Counted from the first letter of the whole stretch, positions 21,567 through 35,667 are shown. The stretch is 63,994 nucleotides of DNA, filler included, from Perkinsus olseni (GCA_013115125.1; 9 parts of 9 records of this genome joined end to end with filler, not necessarily neighbours in it), one strand, 5' to 3'. Numbers and translations are program-made. The notes: a model not told the origin generated them from the letters alone.

Positions 21567-22259
21567 AGCCTCCTTACATAGCTTACCATCCTCATCACTT
21601 ATTATTATCATCGACTACCCTTACTACTACAACAGTATGAGTATTTGAGTATACAACGAGTTTCGAGTATTATCACAATGATTCTGTTGTGTACCACAAG
21701 TTGGGGGGGGGGGGGGGGGTGGGTGGGGGGGGGTTTGGGGGGGGGGGGGGGGGCGGCGATGTAACAGCAGCCGGAGTAGTGTTAATGGTGTTATCATCAG
21801 TAGCACTAGTCGATGATGAGCNNNNNNNNNNNNNNNNNNNNNNNNNNNNNNNNNNNNNNNNNNNNTTAATTAATTAANNNNNNNNNNNNNNNNNNNNNNN
21901 NNNNNNNNNNNNNNNNNNNNNTTCTGATCTTCAGTTTTCCTTTGAAGGTTGAAGTATCGAAATGCCTTACGATGGTAGCTGGGACCAGTCCTATTGCATT
22001 GGCAACAAGCATGAGTATACTAATAGCAGCGTCGTTGAGCCTCGAGAGAGTGTCTGATACCCTGTGCATCATCTCGGAATACTTCGTCCTACCTCTCTCG
22101 CTGTCCTTACAAAGAGTTGGTTGTTCTCTATATCAATTCAACAACTCAAATGGATCGATTGCAGCAACGGAGACAGTCCTGGGGCATACGGATGGTTAAG
22201 AAGACCCTCGGCGCCATTTTACGGAGTAGGTTACCCATGAATCACTCAGTACCCAGTCG

Positions 22260-23531
22260 TTGATCGCAGGTGCCCCTCCGCGACCCTGCAAGGAAGTTGA
22301 GGCTGAGTTGCGTAACTTGAAGATGGGCCTTCATGAGCTACATCAGATTTACGGTGCCTTTTATCACTTGAAGCAAAATAGTAATTTTGCAATTCTGTTT
22401 CCGGCAAACCGCTCCTTTGTTCCACAGGTTCGCGGAGACTAGTGCTGACGGCCAAGGAGATTCCTGCGGACTCCGTCATCAATTTAGTCAGAGATCGAAG
22501 AGAATACGTATCGGCGATATTGCGCAGCTTGGTAGGTCTGAGCAGCGTTACCTCATACCACTCCAACCCCACCTTTCGCGCCCGAGGCTAATGGCCGGAG
22601 CCAGAGGCACTTGGCTTCTTCGAACGACAGGAGTCACGTGTTCTCAGGTCGAACTTGGCGGTTGTTTCGACACTGTGAAATGGGACGAGTTCCTCTATAT
22701 CTTCCTACGCTTCTGTTCCCTCTCCAAGATTGAGCTATGTCAGCTCATGTTCCTCATCATAGTGAGCCGTCCGTTCCGTCTGTCCGATAGAATCTTCCCC
22801 TATCAATCGTGCTCTACTTGGTACAATCGCCACGTCCCGCAGCACACGCCGGCTGTCACGCCATCAACGCACAATACGCATCCGTCTGTCTCCTGGACGG
22901 CCCAGTGCTTGAACAGACTCGCAAACAGTGTCGTGCCGATGCTTAGGTTAAGGAGGTGAAGTCCTGGACAGTTCACTACTTGACAGCCTCTCAACTCGAC
23001 GAGTTCTATTCCCGGTGGGTTATCCCCTCCATGGGCCGCTCATCGGTGGTTGACCGTACTCGACTGCGTGTGTCCGGTCAGCTCGGCTCATACCACTCCT
23101 TCCAATATTCTCATTCTCTCAGATTTCATCACTGCCCGGTGCAATCTTTCGATACCCACGATATACACTTCCGCCGCTTGGCCCTCTCGAGATACTACAC
23201 GAACGACTTCGTCGAACTCTGCTTCCGATTCGGCAAGATGGTCAACCCTCTACTCCACCTTCAGAGGTCGTCTCTTCGGCCGTCTTATCTGACCGTCCAG
23301 GCTGACCCCAGATGCATACAGAGAAGCGTTCCCTCCCTGGCCTTTTGGGAGAACTATGACCGTACAGAAGTCTTCAATCGCAAACTCACACTGGAGTTCT
23401 TTCTTATACGAAAGACCCACTTCTTCCTTCAAGTAGAGTTATCGCCGTTTGCTTCTGCCTGTCGAGACTGCCCAGTGGATCAGATCGATCGTGGGGGTGA
23501 GCACTCCTCAGGAATCATCAGTGGTCCTTAG
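22260..23531 (+). CDS. Hypothetical multi-exon protein, possibly degenerate EF-hand-like
   Basis: Spliced segments DTVKWDEFLYIFLRFCSLSKIELCQLMFLII, HFRRLALSRYYTNDFVELCFRF and VNPLLHLQR...VPSLAFWENYD. Confidence 0.45.
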
Positions 23532-24816
23532 GGAGAGCCTTCATTCCGAGAGAGTTGCGATATGCTATTGCCCGCCGTGATGGGAGCGGATCTCTTGCAG
23601 CGGAACCAAGCCTCTGGCGCTACCACTGACGAAGCCGCACCAAAACAAGAAATACCATCCAATGGTGATCCGCCTTATCGTTGTGCAATAATCGCTACTA
23701 GCGGTGGCAGATGTCCCGGCCAGTGCCGCTGGCGTTGGGTCGCCGGTGCGCGGTTTCACTGAGGTGCTCACGTCCAGCCCGGTTAAGACCGCTTACGCTC
23801 CGCTACATCAGAGTGGCCCCACACCTCAACCCCCGGTATCCCACGGGGTTCACAGTGTGGACTTCACACAGACCACAGACTCTGTGCCAACAGGTACCAT
23901 CAACTAATAATGCACGAGGGTCTCTGACAGAATTCGAGACGAATTTGAGCCTGCTTCCGAAAGTACCGGGAGCCGCGGGGAAGCAGTGGCCCTCTGTGGC
24001 GCGCGTTGTGCATGCGGTGAGCAGGCGGGATACTTTACTCCCCAATAGTGCTGTCAACTTGTTCAGGCTAAGATAGCAACAGCTCTTAAAGGCAGTTTTG
24101 CTACGAAGAAAACGTCGTCGGTCGAGGAGGAGTCGGAGGATGGAGTGCCGTTTGACGATCGGAATGTCCGTGCTGCTGCTACCACCTGCGGACAGTGTAA
24201 ACGGGTTTGGTATAGATATCGATCGAGCGTGTTCCGAAGTGGATGCAAGGCTTTGTGAACCCTCCAGTGAAGAAGNNNNNNNNNNNNNNNNNNNNNNNNN
24301 NNNNNNNNNNNNNNNNNNNNNNNNNNNNNNNNNNNNNNNNNNNNNNNNNNNNNNNNNNNNNNNNNNNNNNNNNNGCGCGGTCGAGTGTTTGACAGGTTAA
24401 CCTCCTCCAAGAACGCTATCAAGCTCCTATATTGACCCAATCACAATTCGATCGATGAAGTGTCGTATGACCAATCCTCATGCTGCTCCGAAGTTGCCGT
24501 ATCCTTGCTTGCGCCATGGCTTTTGCGTTGCATACAAGGGCCTCGCCGCTTGTGGATTCCACCTTCAGCCAACACTACCGCAACACAAACTCTCTTGTGG
24601 CATCTCCGCTGGGCCGAACCTCCTCGCGATCACCGTGGCAGTCGTTAGTGCCACTAACTTAGTGGGACCTCCTTGAGATACAGCTACCGTAACATTTACT
24701 TCTCAAACTGAAGTCTCCCTTGTTGTATTAATCGCCAACCTGCTATATTCTCCAGTGGTTCTGTGGTAGCAGTAGAATTCGGCTGTTAGTTATTTTCCGT
24801 TTTACCAAGGTCTTGA

Positions 24817-25982
24817 ATGAAATCTCCTCCGCCGTTACTGAACTCATCCGGTTCCCTGACAGAGTATCTCCCACCGGAAGTGATCCGATCAATAGGTTCG
24901 GTACTGGTTGCGTACAAACCGGCCTTCTACCGGTGCCAATTGCCTGATGACCATCCGGAAGACTCCCTCGTATCCTGGGTCTCCCGCCGCTACAGTATCG
25001 ACCCCGAGTTGATGAACGAAAAGTTGAACCCTGCTCTGAGTGGCGGCGGAGGCTTCGGCCCGATGTGTCACCGCCTTGACAAGGAGACCAGTGGTGAGTA
25101 TACCCTCTTGAATGCATCCTGATGCCAAAGCTGGGGTCCTTTGGCCGTCTGAGTGCTGTTACTGCCAGCTTCTAGTTATGCAAGGCGTCCGTCTCATCAG
25201 GTCCTGTTCTTGTCGCCAAGACTCTCGACTCGTGGACGTTCATCCGACGACAGTTCCATAAGGAAGAGGTGCAGAAGCAATACGTGTGTCTGGTGGAGGG
25301 CATCTGTGCTCGTGACAGTGGCGCGATAGACAGCCCGATCCGAGTTCGGAGGACCGAGAAGCGTGAGTTCTCTCTGCGTGCTCCCTCGGTGATCGTTGCT
25401 CTCAACAGATACCTCGGCCGAGATAGGCTCGGGCCCGGCGAGTTCTTCGGCGCATTCAGAGTACCGCGTGCTTGAGCGGTACGAGGAGGGCTGCACGCTA
25501 ATATCAGTGAAAATATCTACAGGAGTGACTCATCAAATTAGAGTGAGTTGTCGCGTAGATGAATTACACGGACACCTTCCATGCCCAACTTGAGGCTACG
25601 TACAGTAGTCGAGGCTCATAAGCTCCGTTCTTGTGATGACCGCGAGGCTCGAGCTGACCGGGCCTGGGGAACTCATGGTCTCAGCCTTCCACTGCAGCGT
25701 TCTGGCAGCATTCCCAACGTCGAAAATCGTATCGAGTATCGCGTAGCCGAGTGTTTTCAGGTTCACATGGCTCAGGCCCTGAACCATGCCATTGTGGGCG
25801 ACAGGAAGTACACGCCGCCAGGCCGACACCTGGAGCTACCCTCTGTGGCAAGGATACCCGATAGGGTTTTCCTTCACTGCTACGAGCTTGGATTCCGAGC
25901 TGATGAGACCTCGGATCGGCTGACCACCATCAAGTGCTCACTGCCCACTGAGCTCAGGAATGTGAGTTTGGGACCCGGGTAG
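24817..25982 (+). CDS. RluA-family RNA pseudouridine synthase, multi-exon (ends uncertain)
   Basis: AYKPA, HRLDKETSG (catalytic Asp), KQYVCLVEG, TGVTHQIRVHM, IVGDRKY and FLHCYELGF motifs in order across short introns. Confidence 0.92.
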
Positions 25983-26318
25983 GCGAACACGCGGTCTGAG
26001 TGCTTTTACGTTGATTCTAACCGTGAGAAAGCCACCCGACACTCGGGCTGAATAGTTTCCACTAACAGCATTATCGACAGTTACTGTGGTCCCTAACTCC
26101 CACCTCATCGTGCCCCTTGCCTGCCGATTCCCGAGCGTTGCTAGCCGGTCTAATGGGCCTACCGACAGGCGCGGCAGCGATGCAACGGTGGTAGGCTCTA
26201 GCGACCTTCCCGGACTGGCTGGTAGCGGATGATCCTCCTCCAGGCACATACCGTACTCGAATCTGCTATCCCAGCTTAACACAGCTTTAGCGTCCGGCCG
26301 CGTCCACCGGATAAAGGA

Positions 26319-27481
26319 GTGCAACTCGGACCCTGCTGTGGAAGAGGAGATGCGACAGAATCTCCAGGTGAAGCCCTAGCGGCACTCCCATCGGTCATAC
26401 GAGCTCTCTTCATCTTCTTCGCTCAGATCTCGCCTTCGGCCAGACTGTCACCTGAATGGTTTTTTGCTGTGCATCCTGAAACTTTCAAGAGAGACCTCAA
26501 GAGTGTCGAGGTGCGCTCCTTGGCCGTTCCCGGACCGATACTGCGCTTCACTCGCACAGGCATCCGATGAAATCTGCTCATCGCACGGCTGCCACTGTTA
26601 GGAGGACATGCTTGCTGAAGTCATCTGTAAATTTCTCGGCTATCGACCATTCCTTCAGGGCGTCACGGTGAGAGACACGAGCGAGAAGTTCAGCCTCCTC
26701 AAGCTTCAGTATCCGTACGGCTCACGGGACTTGGATGCTCTCAGGGCTGCTCAGATTAGCTGGGGCCTCCGGCGAGAGGCTGGGAGCATACGGCAGCCAG
26801 AGAAGAGCAAAACAACGGCAGGTTCGTCACTTCAATCTCCTCATGTATGCGCTTTCCAGGGATCGAGAATTCGGAATTTCGTTCGTGTGAGCTGTAGTGT
26901 AACGCCGGTTCCGACTTGGTTCCGATGAAGCTTTGTGATAGGCAAGGAGTCGCCGGCCCTCGGAGTCCCGACCAGATTGCGCAAAAGTCGTGTGATGCGA
27001 CCTCGGGAGATGGATGCTGAGCCACGTCACGAAGCCTCACCGGAACGGCAGCGGCCGGCGTACAAGAGAATACAGCAAGATCTGTAAGTCTGCTAGACGC
27101 TTCGCACTCTAGCTGGGTCAATTCGCTCAGTTTTGAATCATACGACTACGGCACACAGCCTGCTCAAGCAAAAGCGAAGGCAGAGGACGCTGTGGCCGAG
27201 GTCAATGGGGCGATATCAAGTGTCTTGCCAAGTGATGGCACATGGGTTAAACTATGTGATCTCATCGACGAGCACAGGAGCATCCTAGAGACTTTCAAGT
27301 GAGACGTGGAACAGCGCAGCACGCTTGTGTCGTCCAACTTCCTCTGATCAGTTTACACTACAACGCTAGCAGACCCCTCGTTGCGGTTTCGCTGTTGAGA
27401 TCTACGCTGATGACTTTCGGAGCCGACAAATTTGTGTTTTGCGGAGCGGGGCTCGAGACAAAGATAGCGATGCGATCTTGA
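26319..27481 (+). CDS. Hypothetical multi-exon protein
   Basis: Exon-like segments WFFAVHPETFKRDLKSVE, DMLAEVICKFLGYRPFLQG and LQYPYGSRDLDALRAAQISWG. Confidence 0.35.
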
Positions 27482-29185
27482 GGATTAGAGTTGTGTTTAT
27501 CGTGATGTCTCATTGCTAGAGCTCCCCTTCTCTCTTTATTGTGCTGCTTCNNNNNNNNNNNNNNNNNNNNNNNNNNNNNNNNNNNNNNNNNNNNNNNNNN
27601 NNNNNNNNNNNNNNNNNNNNNNNNNNNNNNNNNNNNNNNNNNNNNNTTTTGTCAATGGAATATTTTATTGGCTCACGATCTATCTTGACCCTCGTTTACT
27701 CTGCAATCCCGGAGAGGCATGAGCCTACCAACACTTCGATCATGTCAGAGTTTACCGTGCCAACAAGCTGTCAGCTCCAGCATGTCCGGAGATATGATCT
27801 CTCGATCTCTCGAGAGAAGCTTCGAACGCCAGCAGTACGACCAATGCGGTTCACCAGGGTTCTTGATTTCATTGGAAACTCGACGCGGTCCCCGATTTTC
27901 GAAATTCACGATGAAATCTTCACGTGGTCTGATTTCGTTCGTCTGTGCAGCCTAAATTGTCCTGTACTCAGCATCTTTAGGATTGATCATATTATCCCTG
28001 CTCATTCCAACGAAAACCAGCGAGGAACCCTCTTTCTGTTCCAGGAATGCGTCACCGGATTGGGCCTGAGTCATGGCCATGAGTAATCTAATGGCAGCGT
28101 AACTCTTCCGCAGTTCTATCGAATTACAACTACAGTACTTAGCAGGGTACTTTCAAGTGCCGTTTCCATTACACCCTTTGTCGACTACCAACTCTACATT
28201 GTTCTCGGTGAACATCAACATCGCAACAACCATAATACCGTAGATTAACATGTGGGCTGCTGTTCCAGTCTTCAGTCTGAGTAGTCGCTCGGACCGTTAT
28301 ACGATAATACCATATAGTTGGGCTAGGCTCGATGCTACTGCCACGTTGCGATCAACAAAGGGCTTGATCCAATCAGTGCCATTTTTGTACTCTGGGGGAG
28401 GCTTTCCCTCTATGAAATCGATCAGCTCTACACACTGCTCCATGGACCACACGTATCCATGATTCGTAGGAATCCTCGTTAGGATGTCATTCTTGATGTG
28501 AGCGAAGGGAAACACTCGCGAATATTTCATCTATATGCTTCTCCGACTCTTTGGCTTCTCCCAAGCGTTTTTCACCTGTTTATTTGACTATGGCGTTTTC
28601 GCCGTCTGTCCCGAAGTGGGAAGGATCATGAATAGAAGCTAATGACCTTGAGTATCATGATTAAGCGACTGAGGTCATCGAGATGGTGTCCTTCCAGAAA
28701 ATGTTCTTCCCGTTATGTTTAAACACGTGCAAGAATCTGTTTGGGTATTTATGCCGTGGATTGATCACCATGAGGGGCGACCTCTATCTACGACAGATAC
28801 AGTTCGGCTCGAGGTCTTGGCTACGCTGGGGTTAATCTCGTACCGCCCGTTCGCGTTGAATGACACTCTGCAAAGCCGTCACCAGGGACAGGGCCGAGGT
28901 GAATGCCAGGGTTTACGCGTAGAAGGCGACCATGATGAGGTAAGTACTGTAATGCCAATAGGCTACCGAAATTGCTTGACCTGAACTGGAAGCGTTGATG
29001 ATAATCTTTGGGTGTTCCAGTTTAAAGTCCAAATTGATCCGAGTCCATGGTTAAACACATGGAGCCGCGTTTCGTTCACTTCGAANNNNNNNNNNNNNNN
29101 NNNNNNNNNNNNNNNNNNNNNNNNNNNNNTTAATTAATTAANNNNNNNNNNNNNNNNNNNNNNNNNNNNNNNNNNNNNNNNNNNN

Positions 29186-30040
29186 TACAGTACAACATGC
29201 TCGTCAACAATTTCAGGATGGGGCTCCGAGAAGAAGACCTGAAATAAGACCCCACGTTCCGCCAGGAACGACGCAGAAAAGAAGTGGAAGTTCGTGTATC
29301 GCGTGAACTCAATTGAAGATATGCACTCGATAGACACAGCTTGGCCTTAGGCCACCACGGCAGCTCGAGCCACCATAGAAACTGGCCCATTGAATCAGCA
29401 TGAGCCCTCACCCAAGTTCCTCTCAGTGAGTTCTCTTTCAAATAGATACTCTCCGTCATTAATGAAGGATAGAACATCTCCACGAACGGTGGGCCGAATA
29501 CCTGAGACTCAATCGGAAGGCTTTCAGATGGAGATTCGCTGACTTTAGTGAGACTATCAACCACGGCCATGACCTCAGCGTAGTACTTCGACGCATCGTT
29601 CGACTTGTCAGAGAACTGAACGCGGACTAAGTCAAGCAAGGGGAGCCTCTCCCCACCTCGGGGGGAAGCTGCAGCAATAAGGCTGTCGTAAGTGACCAAC
29701 TAATGTCACAGCTGAAGAGTGCATAAGAGAGCAGCTGAAGAAAACAATCTGTGCCTGGCGCAGGGGCGACATGGAGGCAATACCTCCGCCACGGCACGCA
29801 TAGAGCTCTTGAAGAGGTAGGCGCAAGCAACAAGATGCAAAGCGGAGAGACGCCTGCTCAGGGATGGATACGAACAAATGTGATCGGTACAAAAGACCCA
29901 CTCCATGAGCTCCTTTCCCTGTGGTGAGGTAATCGGATTCAGACGGCGAACAATAGAAAAGAAGAATCTCGGGAGGCGTGAGATGGTACCCCAGGCGAGC
30001 ATGGTGAACAAAAAAGACGGCGCCTGAAGCAAATCTCATG
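29186..30040 (-). CDS. Hypothetical multi-exon protein, 3' part cut by contig edge
   Basis: Long open segment [29 protein letters not shown]... preceded by short exons. Confidence 0.4.
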
Positions 30041-30125
30041 AATAGGGGAATTCCTTTTCGCTCCCGGTTCTGCTAAACGCAATGGTAGCGAGCCGTGCGC
30101 GGTACTAGAAAAAGCTAAAATGATC

Positions 30126-31941
30126 TCATCCGGACTGAGCGGTGTCCCAGTCTAGCTCTGGATGCGGTTTAACGGAGCCTGCTGGGCAAACAGCAAGATG
30201 CTGGCCCAAGGGCAGGGGTTTGGCCATCAGCGCGCTGCTCGAGAACGAGGCCCATCGCTTGATAGCGACCTTCCCTTGGGGTATTATCTGAGGCGAGCCC
30301 ATGACCTACAGTGGAGCGAAACATAAACCAGCTGGCGGCACCCAAGAAAGCATTGGAAAAATGTGGAAGCGATCCTCATAGACTTCAAGGGTCACGACGT
30401 CATCGGTCATCTTAACAAAGTGTAGTATCTCCTCGAGGAAGCCTTCAGAGCCGCCGGCCTGCGAAGAAATGCAATGTGAACTTGCTCTTGTGAACGGCGA
30501 GCAGTACTTGAAGCAATATAGGTACTCCCCCGAATGTGGCACGGCTGACTGAGGTGAATGTGAACATAGGATTCTGAGGAGAAGTCCAATGAGGTCCTCA
30601 TTGGAGGTCCAGGACTCTACTCCTCATAATAAGGAGGCTGGCGTAGAGTTGAACCGCATGTGTAAGCTGCAACCACTCACTTCATCCTGTTTGTCTTCTG
30701 ATACTCTCCCCCTTATCCTTCGCCATTCGAGCGAAAAAGTTTCTTCAGCTACTCTTGCCCTGGATGACCGATGTCCCTCACCAGGCCGCGACGGACGGCC
30801 ATACAGAGCACAGCTCGCGGAGTACCACAGTAGACAGTTGGATAGAAAATCGCGATTGAAGTTGTAACTCCCTCGTGCAAGACTGCGAGAGAGGCTAAGC
30901 ATTGGTGACACAGTATGGGCACACGCAGGCCCGGCTAGAGGTCCACAGTCGAAAGCTCCTTCGTTGAGGCATTTGAGTAAACTGAGCACCAGGGCGCCGC
31001 CAGCGGAATCCCCACTGATCACAATGTCGCCAGCCTCCACGGGATACCTGTCCTGGGACAGGATATATTTATAGCACTCGACGGCTTCTTCCAGCTGAGT
31101 GGGGAGGATGGCCTGTGGCGCCAACGTGTAGTCGAGGATGAATGCGACCACCTTAACATCAGCCCAGCCAGCAGAGGACAGGTCATCTTGTAGCTCAGCA
31201 ACCATCCTTGTTACGAGCTCTAGATGGCTGGTGATTCCATCGAAGAAGCAGTAGCCACCACCGTGTAGGTAATACAGGACAACGAATCTTTCAGGATCGA
31301 CTCCACTATCACCATGCCAGACCTATACAAACGGGAGAGTTGGCTGAGCCAACTTGGCTCATTGTGCCACGCGGAAGTGCGGTCATCGTTCTACCCAAAG
31401 ACCCTGCGGGAAACCAGCGCCACGGGTGAGCTCTGTTCTCATGGTCGGATGGAGTATTTGGCTGAGCACTGGGCCATACACCTGCAGATGGTCCGTCTTT
31501 ACCGAAGCCGATCTAACTCGCAAGTTGCGACTCGCAACCCATTCACTTTGTAAACTGCTTCCAAGATATGGACGATCTCCGCGGCTAGCAAGGAGTCCTC
31601 GCTGCTTTCAACTTCCATCTGACTAAGGTTTTTTGCTTCTGCACGAAGAGTGGCGTACCTCCTTAGGGGCCTTCAGTATGTTCAGCAAGAAGAACTCCAG
31701 GCTGGAGCCTTCTCCCTGTAGAAGGCTCTGCGAAACCTGTGGAACTCTGTTCGGAGATTAACAGGCGTGCGGAAACTACATCTCGGAGGACTCGGAGTAT
31801 GTGCAGGCATAAGTAAAGTCTAGTTCTCCACCTCAACTGCATAACTGACCTGACCAGCAGCTTCAGGCAATCAGTGCGAGATTCGAGGTTGGTTGATTGC
31901 GATGGAACCCTGTCGATAAAATTGGTCTTCATTTCTCGCAT
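30126..31941 (-). CDS. GDXG/HSL-family alpha/beta hydrolase (lipase/esterase), multi-exon
   Basis: VVLYYLHGGGYCF, LDYTLAP, ISGDSAGGALV (nucleophile elbow) and FHIFP (catalytic His). Confidence 0.92.
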
Positions 31942-32182
31942 TCAGTGATAGTCAGCATTCGTACCCCACTGAAGAGCTCACATGAACAGTTGAGTGCCCT
32001 CCGTGGTCAAGTAGGGTAAGCTATGACACATGGCGGTTAGGAGGGCCTTCAATACATTGATGATTGGGAGATGATCGGCCATTCTCTGGACTAGAGTTGT
32101 ACCGCGCGTCCGAGAGGAATATCTACCTGCAACTTGAGCATGAAGTGCTCACTACAACCACGACTGCTGAGCTTGGCAGGGC

Positions 32183-32812
32183 GTGAGGGAGCTCTCAGAA
32201 TTCTGCACTTCAGCGGAGTGGTACACCTTTCATGAATAACTCGACACAACGACACAAGAAGGAGGTCAGTATATGTGACTCTACAATACCGAGAGGCAGT
32301 ACCAGGCCATACCTCCGAGGAGAGAATAAGGTGGTGATGAAACGATACTGATAACTTGTAATCTTGTCAGACTCCGTAGTGTTGATGGTTAGCTGTACAG
32401 CTAGTGAAGCTCATGGGAGAATCATCACGCGCTTTCATCCGCATAAAACTCAGCTACTCTCGGTAAAAGCTGTAGCACTGGGTGCTACCGAGTTGGAGTA
32501 GACTGTTACAAAGTACAACGCTGCGCAATTGGCCGAGATCAACTCAGTTCATCTCAGTTCCATGCAGTCGAAGCCGCACGCAAGGCGTATATGGTTGAAT
32601 TGCTACAAAAGGGATAACTGGCACAGAGCTGTGTATAGACAGAAACTGTTCAGCATACGAAACTACAGCCTCGTGGCTGATATGGCAGAGAAGCCGAATC
32701 GCGCAGGCCATCCACAATTGTCGATCGGGGCCTCATTTAGGTATCCACTCGAAAGTTGTGAGCAAGTTGACCCTTTCGCCCTGAAAAGTATGAGCATAAC
32801 CAATTCGAGAGC
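32183..32812 (+). repeat. Copy A of a diverged ~630-bp direct duplication
   Basis: Long shared blocks with 35668-36336, e.g. CACTTCAGCGGAGTGGTACACCTTTCAT and TCATTTAGGTATCCACTCGAAAGTTGTGAGCA. Confidence 0.9.
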
Positions 32813-33555
32813 GATGGAGCGTTGTGATGTTCACCAGTCTTTGGAGAGGCACCGTATTATCATTGACGGTGTGGACAAAGATCCGCCCACTTCTGCGATC
32901 CTGTCGTACAGCCAGTCCCGCTTGAAAAGCAAAGTTGTATCTATCAAAACACTCTTCATTAACGGGCAGTGAAAACAGACGGCCAGTCACGCTGTGGAGA
33001 AGATTGACATCTGATAGACGGAGCCATTGACAGAGCTAATATCTCACCGAAAAGGCGAGTCTTCCAAGTGCTTTGCTGAGTCCAGAAAAAAAAGACACTG
33101 TGTGCATTCCGAGCTGAACAGCCCTTACCCGACCTACCCTTCGCTTCGCGGTAGATCGGCTATAATAACCGGGTTCAGTGTTCTCCCAGAAACAATACCC
33201 TCTCTCAGCTCATCAGCGGTTATATAACCGATTCTCAGTGCTAGGGGCGTAACGAACCTCGCAATCCTAAAGAAAGAGAGGGCCGCCGCGGCCTGTAAAA
33301 TACGAGGGGTCTTACGGAGCGAAGCTTATCATCATGTCACCACTATTAAGCTCCGCCGCAGCCGTGGGCCTATACTCTGCATCGAATGACTGAGAACAGA
33401 GTCGAAAACCGTGGGGTGAGCAGGAGGCGCGGGGTGGCATGCCAAATTGGATGAGTACAGATGGGACATGTCCAGCTACTCAGTAGCCGCTGGTGCTTGC
33501 CGAGGAAATGGACTTCAATAGCTCAGACGGAAGCCTTGAACCAGAATACAGATGA

Positions 33556-34878
33556 CTATGAGATCACCTCAACAAAGAAGCTCCGCACACGTCTTCCATC
33601 ATACACCCCGACAGGATAGACAGTAGCTGCAGGATTAGACCTTGGGATGGAGGAATTACGAGATGGGAAACTGCAGAACCCGAGCAGGTTTCCACGGAAT
33701 CTTCGAAGTCGATCTGAAACTGAGTATGAGGAGAACTCCAAGTTGCATTCTCGGAGTACTCAGATGGACTATGGCCCGAAGACTAACTTGTGGGCCGCAT
33801 ATACTGAAGAAATCAGATACGTCCAGCGCAGTGCTCCGTGTTGAGCGCACGCCGCGACGGAACCTGACAATCATCAACGAGGAGCTCGTCCTCACCGGAG
33901 TCGAGACATATGATCTGACTCCTCCCTTTCTCTCACCTCAGTAGCTCGGAAGGCCGCCTGAAAATACTGTTTAGAAGTAGATTTCCCCGGCCTCCTCTNN
34001 NNNNNNNNNNNNNNNNNNNNNNNNNNNNNNNNNNNNNNNNNNNNNNNNNNNNNNNNNNNNNNNNNNNNNNNNNNNNNNNNNNNNNNNNNNNNCCTCTGGT
34101 ACGATATGTATCTCCCATCGACAGTCATGCCTGCTGCAGCAGACCACAGAACAGAATGTGATCCTCCATGGAAGACAAGGCATCCGTCAGGGAACGTGTC
34201 CGATACGGGTTTCTCTGTGAAGGTGGTATTCTGTGCAAAATCCTCCCACTGCAGAGCTAGATAATAAGCGTATAATACAACAGCGATTAAAGAACAGTCT
34301 AGAGTTAGAAACTCAAGATTGAGACCTACGACGGTCCGGGTCTCTCACTTAGCGCAGAGGCACCTAGAATCCCTCGGTCAGAATCACGCATCGGATACAC
34401 TGTGGCTTCAGGCACATCATATTGGTCACCAACTGTCGGTTGAATGGCCAGGGTAACGAAAGATCTGCAGGAAAACTGGGAGACAGCTTAAACGTTTAGT
34501 AGGCCCTCGACTAGGGACCAGGGCGTGTATATCAGGATAGACTCACCCTCGAGCGATATCGGCTGTGGCGAGCAGCTCCGAACCGTCTGGAGATACAAGC
34601 AGCGAAGCTAGACTTTCGAAAGGCTGCCCAGAGGATCCTTCGGCGTCGAGTCGGAGCGTCTGAATATGTTTCAGTTTACCTGTAAACGATGGACAACACA
34701 AAAGAAGCGACTACCGCTCGTCCTCAGCGAAGATAAGTAGCACACCTATCGGAGAAGTGATGGTATCGTCGGCACTCTTGTTCCGAAGCGGTAAACTGAA
34801 CCGCTTCAGTTTCACTTCAGTGCTTTGACAAGTAACTGTGCCCAGGAGAACTGCGAGAAAGGGCAAGTTGAGAAACAT
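33556..34878 (-). CDS. Secreted phytase-like beta-propeller gene, paralog of 13019-13883 (spans an N gap; 3' end uncertain)
   Basis: Signal peptide MFLNLPFLAVLLGTVTC. Exons GKLKHIQTLRL...FESLASLLVSPDGSELLATAD, YPMRDSD, GMTVDG and RFRRGVRSTRS, with similar intron positions. Confidence 0.7.
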
Positions 34879-35667
34879 GGGGGGCCGCCAACCTACGAAA
34901 CTTGAACAAGAAGCCCTTCGTTCGTAGTGTAACGGATCCGTAGTTAGAGCATTGAGGTAAGACCCAGTTTCCGACAACTTCGTCTGTCAAAGCCGTTGAC
35001 TACAAAGAACAGGCAGCGCTTGCCGGATCAGGAGGAGCTGATTAAGCTAAACAGCTAGAGAAAAATAGATTGCTCCCTCGGGCGTAGATAGACAGAAGGC
35101 TGTCCCCAGATTACTCTGGACTCGGCCGACATCACAATACAATGCACGCGCACAGTATAGATGAAGGTCACCTCAGCCAACCGTATACAGCAACTCATAG
35201 TGGCCTGCGAGTTTCACGCTGGTACTGCGACTCTATGCAGTAGAATCGCGCATGAGAGGCTTTACGAACGGAGACAGCTCGAGAGTGACACCATGCCTGA
35301 ACTCCACCCGCACTATTGGTGGTCGTTCTTCGTGTAACGATGATATGTATGAAGTACGGGCTTCACTCGTTGATGCCGCTCCCCGACGCCGATGCCGAGG
35401 GCGCCGCGCTTTACTCACTACGAGTCGCAATTTGCGACTGAGCCAAGCACGATAGTCACCCGGCCAGTAGCATTCGGGTCGGATGTCCCTCGACTGCGAA
35501 GCTACGGCGTCACGTCACGCGCTAAGCCCATGGTGGCCCGTGACTGAATTGGGGATCCACACTGTTCGACGAGCGATTTCTCATACGGACAGGTGATGCT
35601 GCTGCTGCTCTAAGCAGGCGTAAACCAAGACATCAATCGAAGGATGTGCAAGGCTGTGTCACACAGC

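Noticed and set aside
27646-28935. Minus-strand secreted-protein gene
   Set aside because: The signal-like start and following segments contain several stops and no recognisable family. It may be a pseudogene, but I cannot support that.
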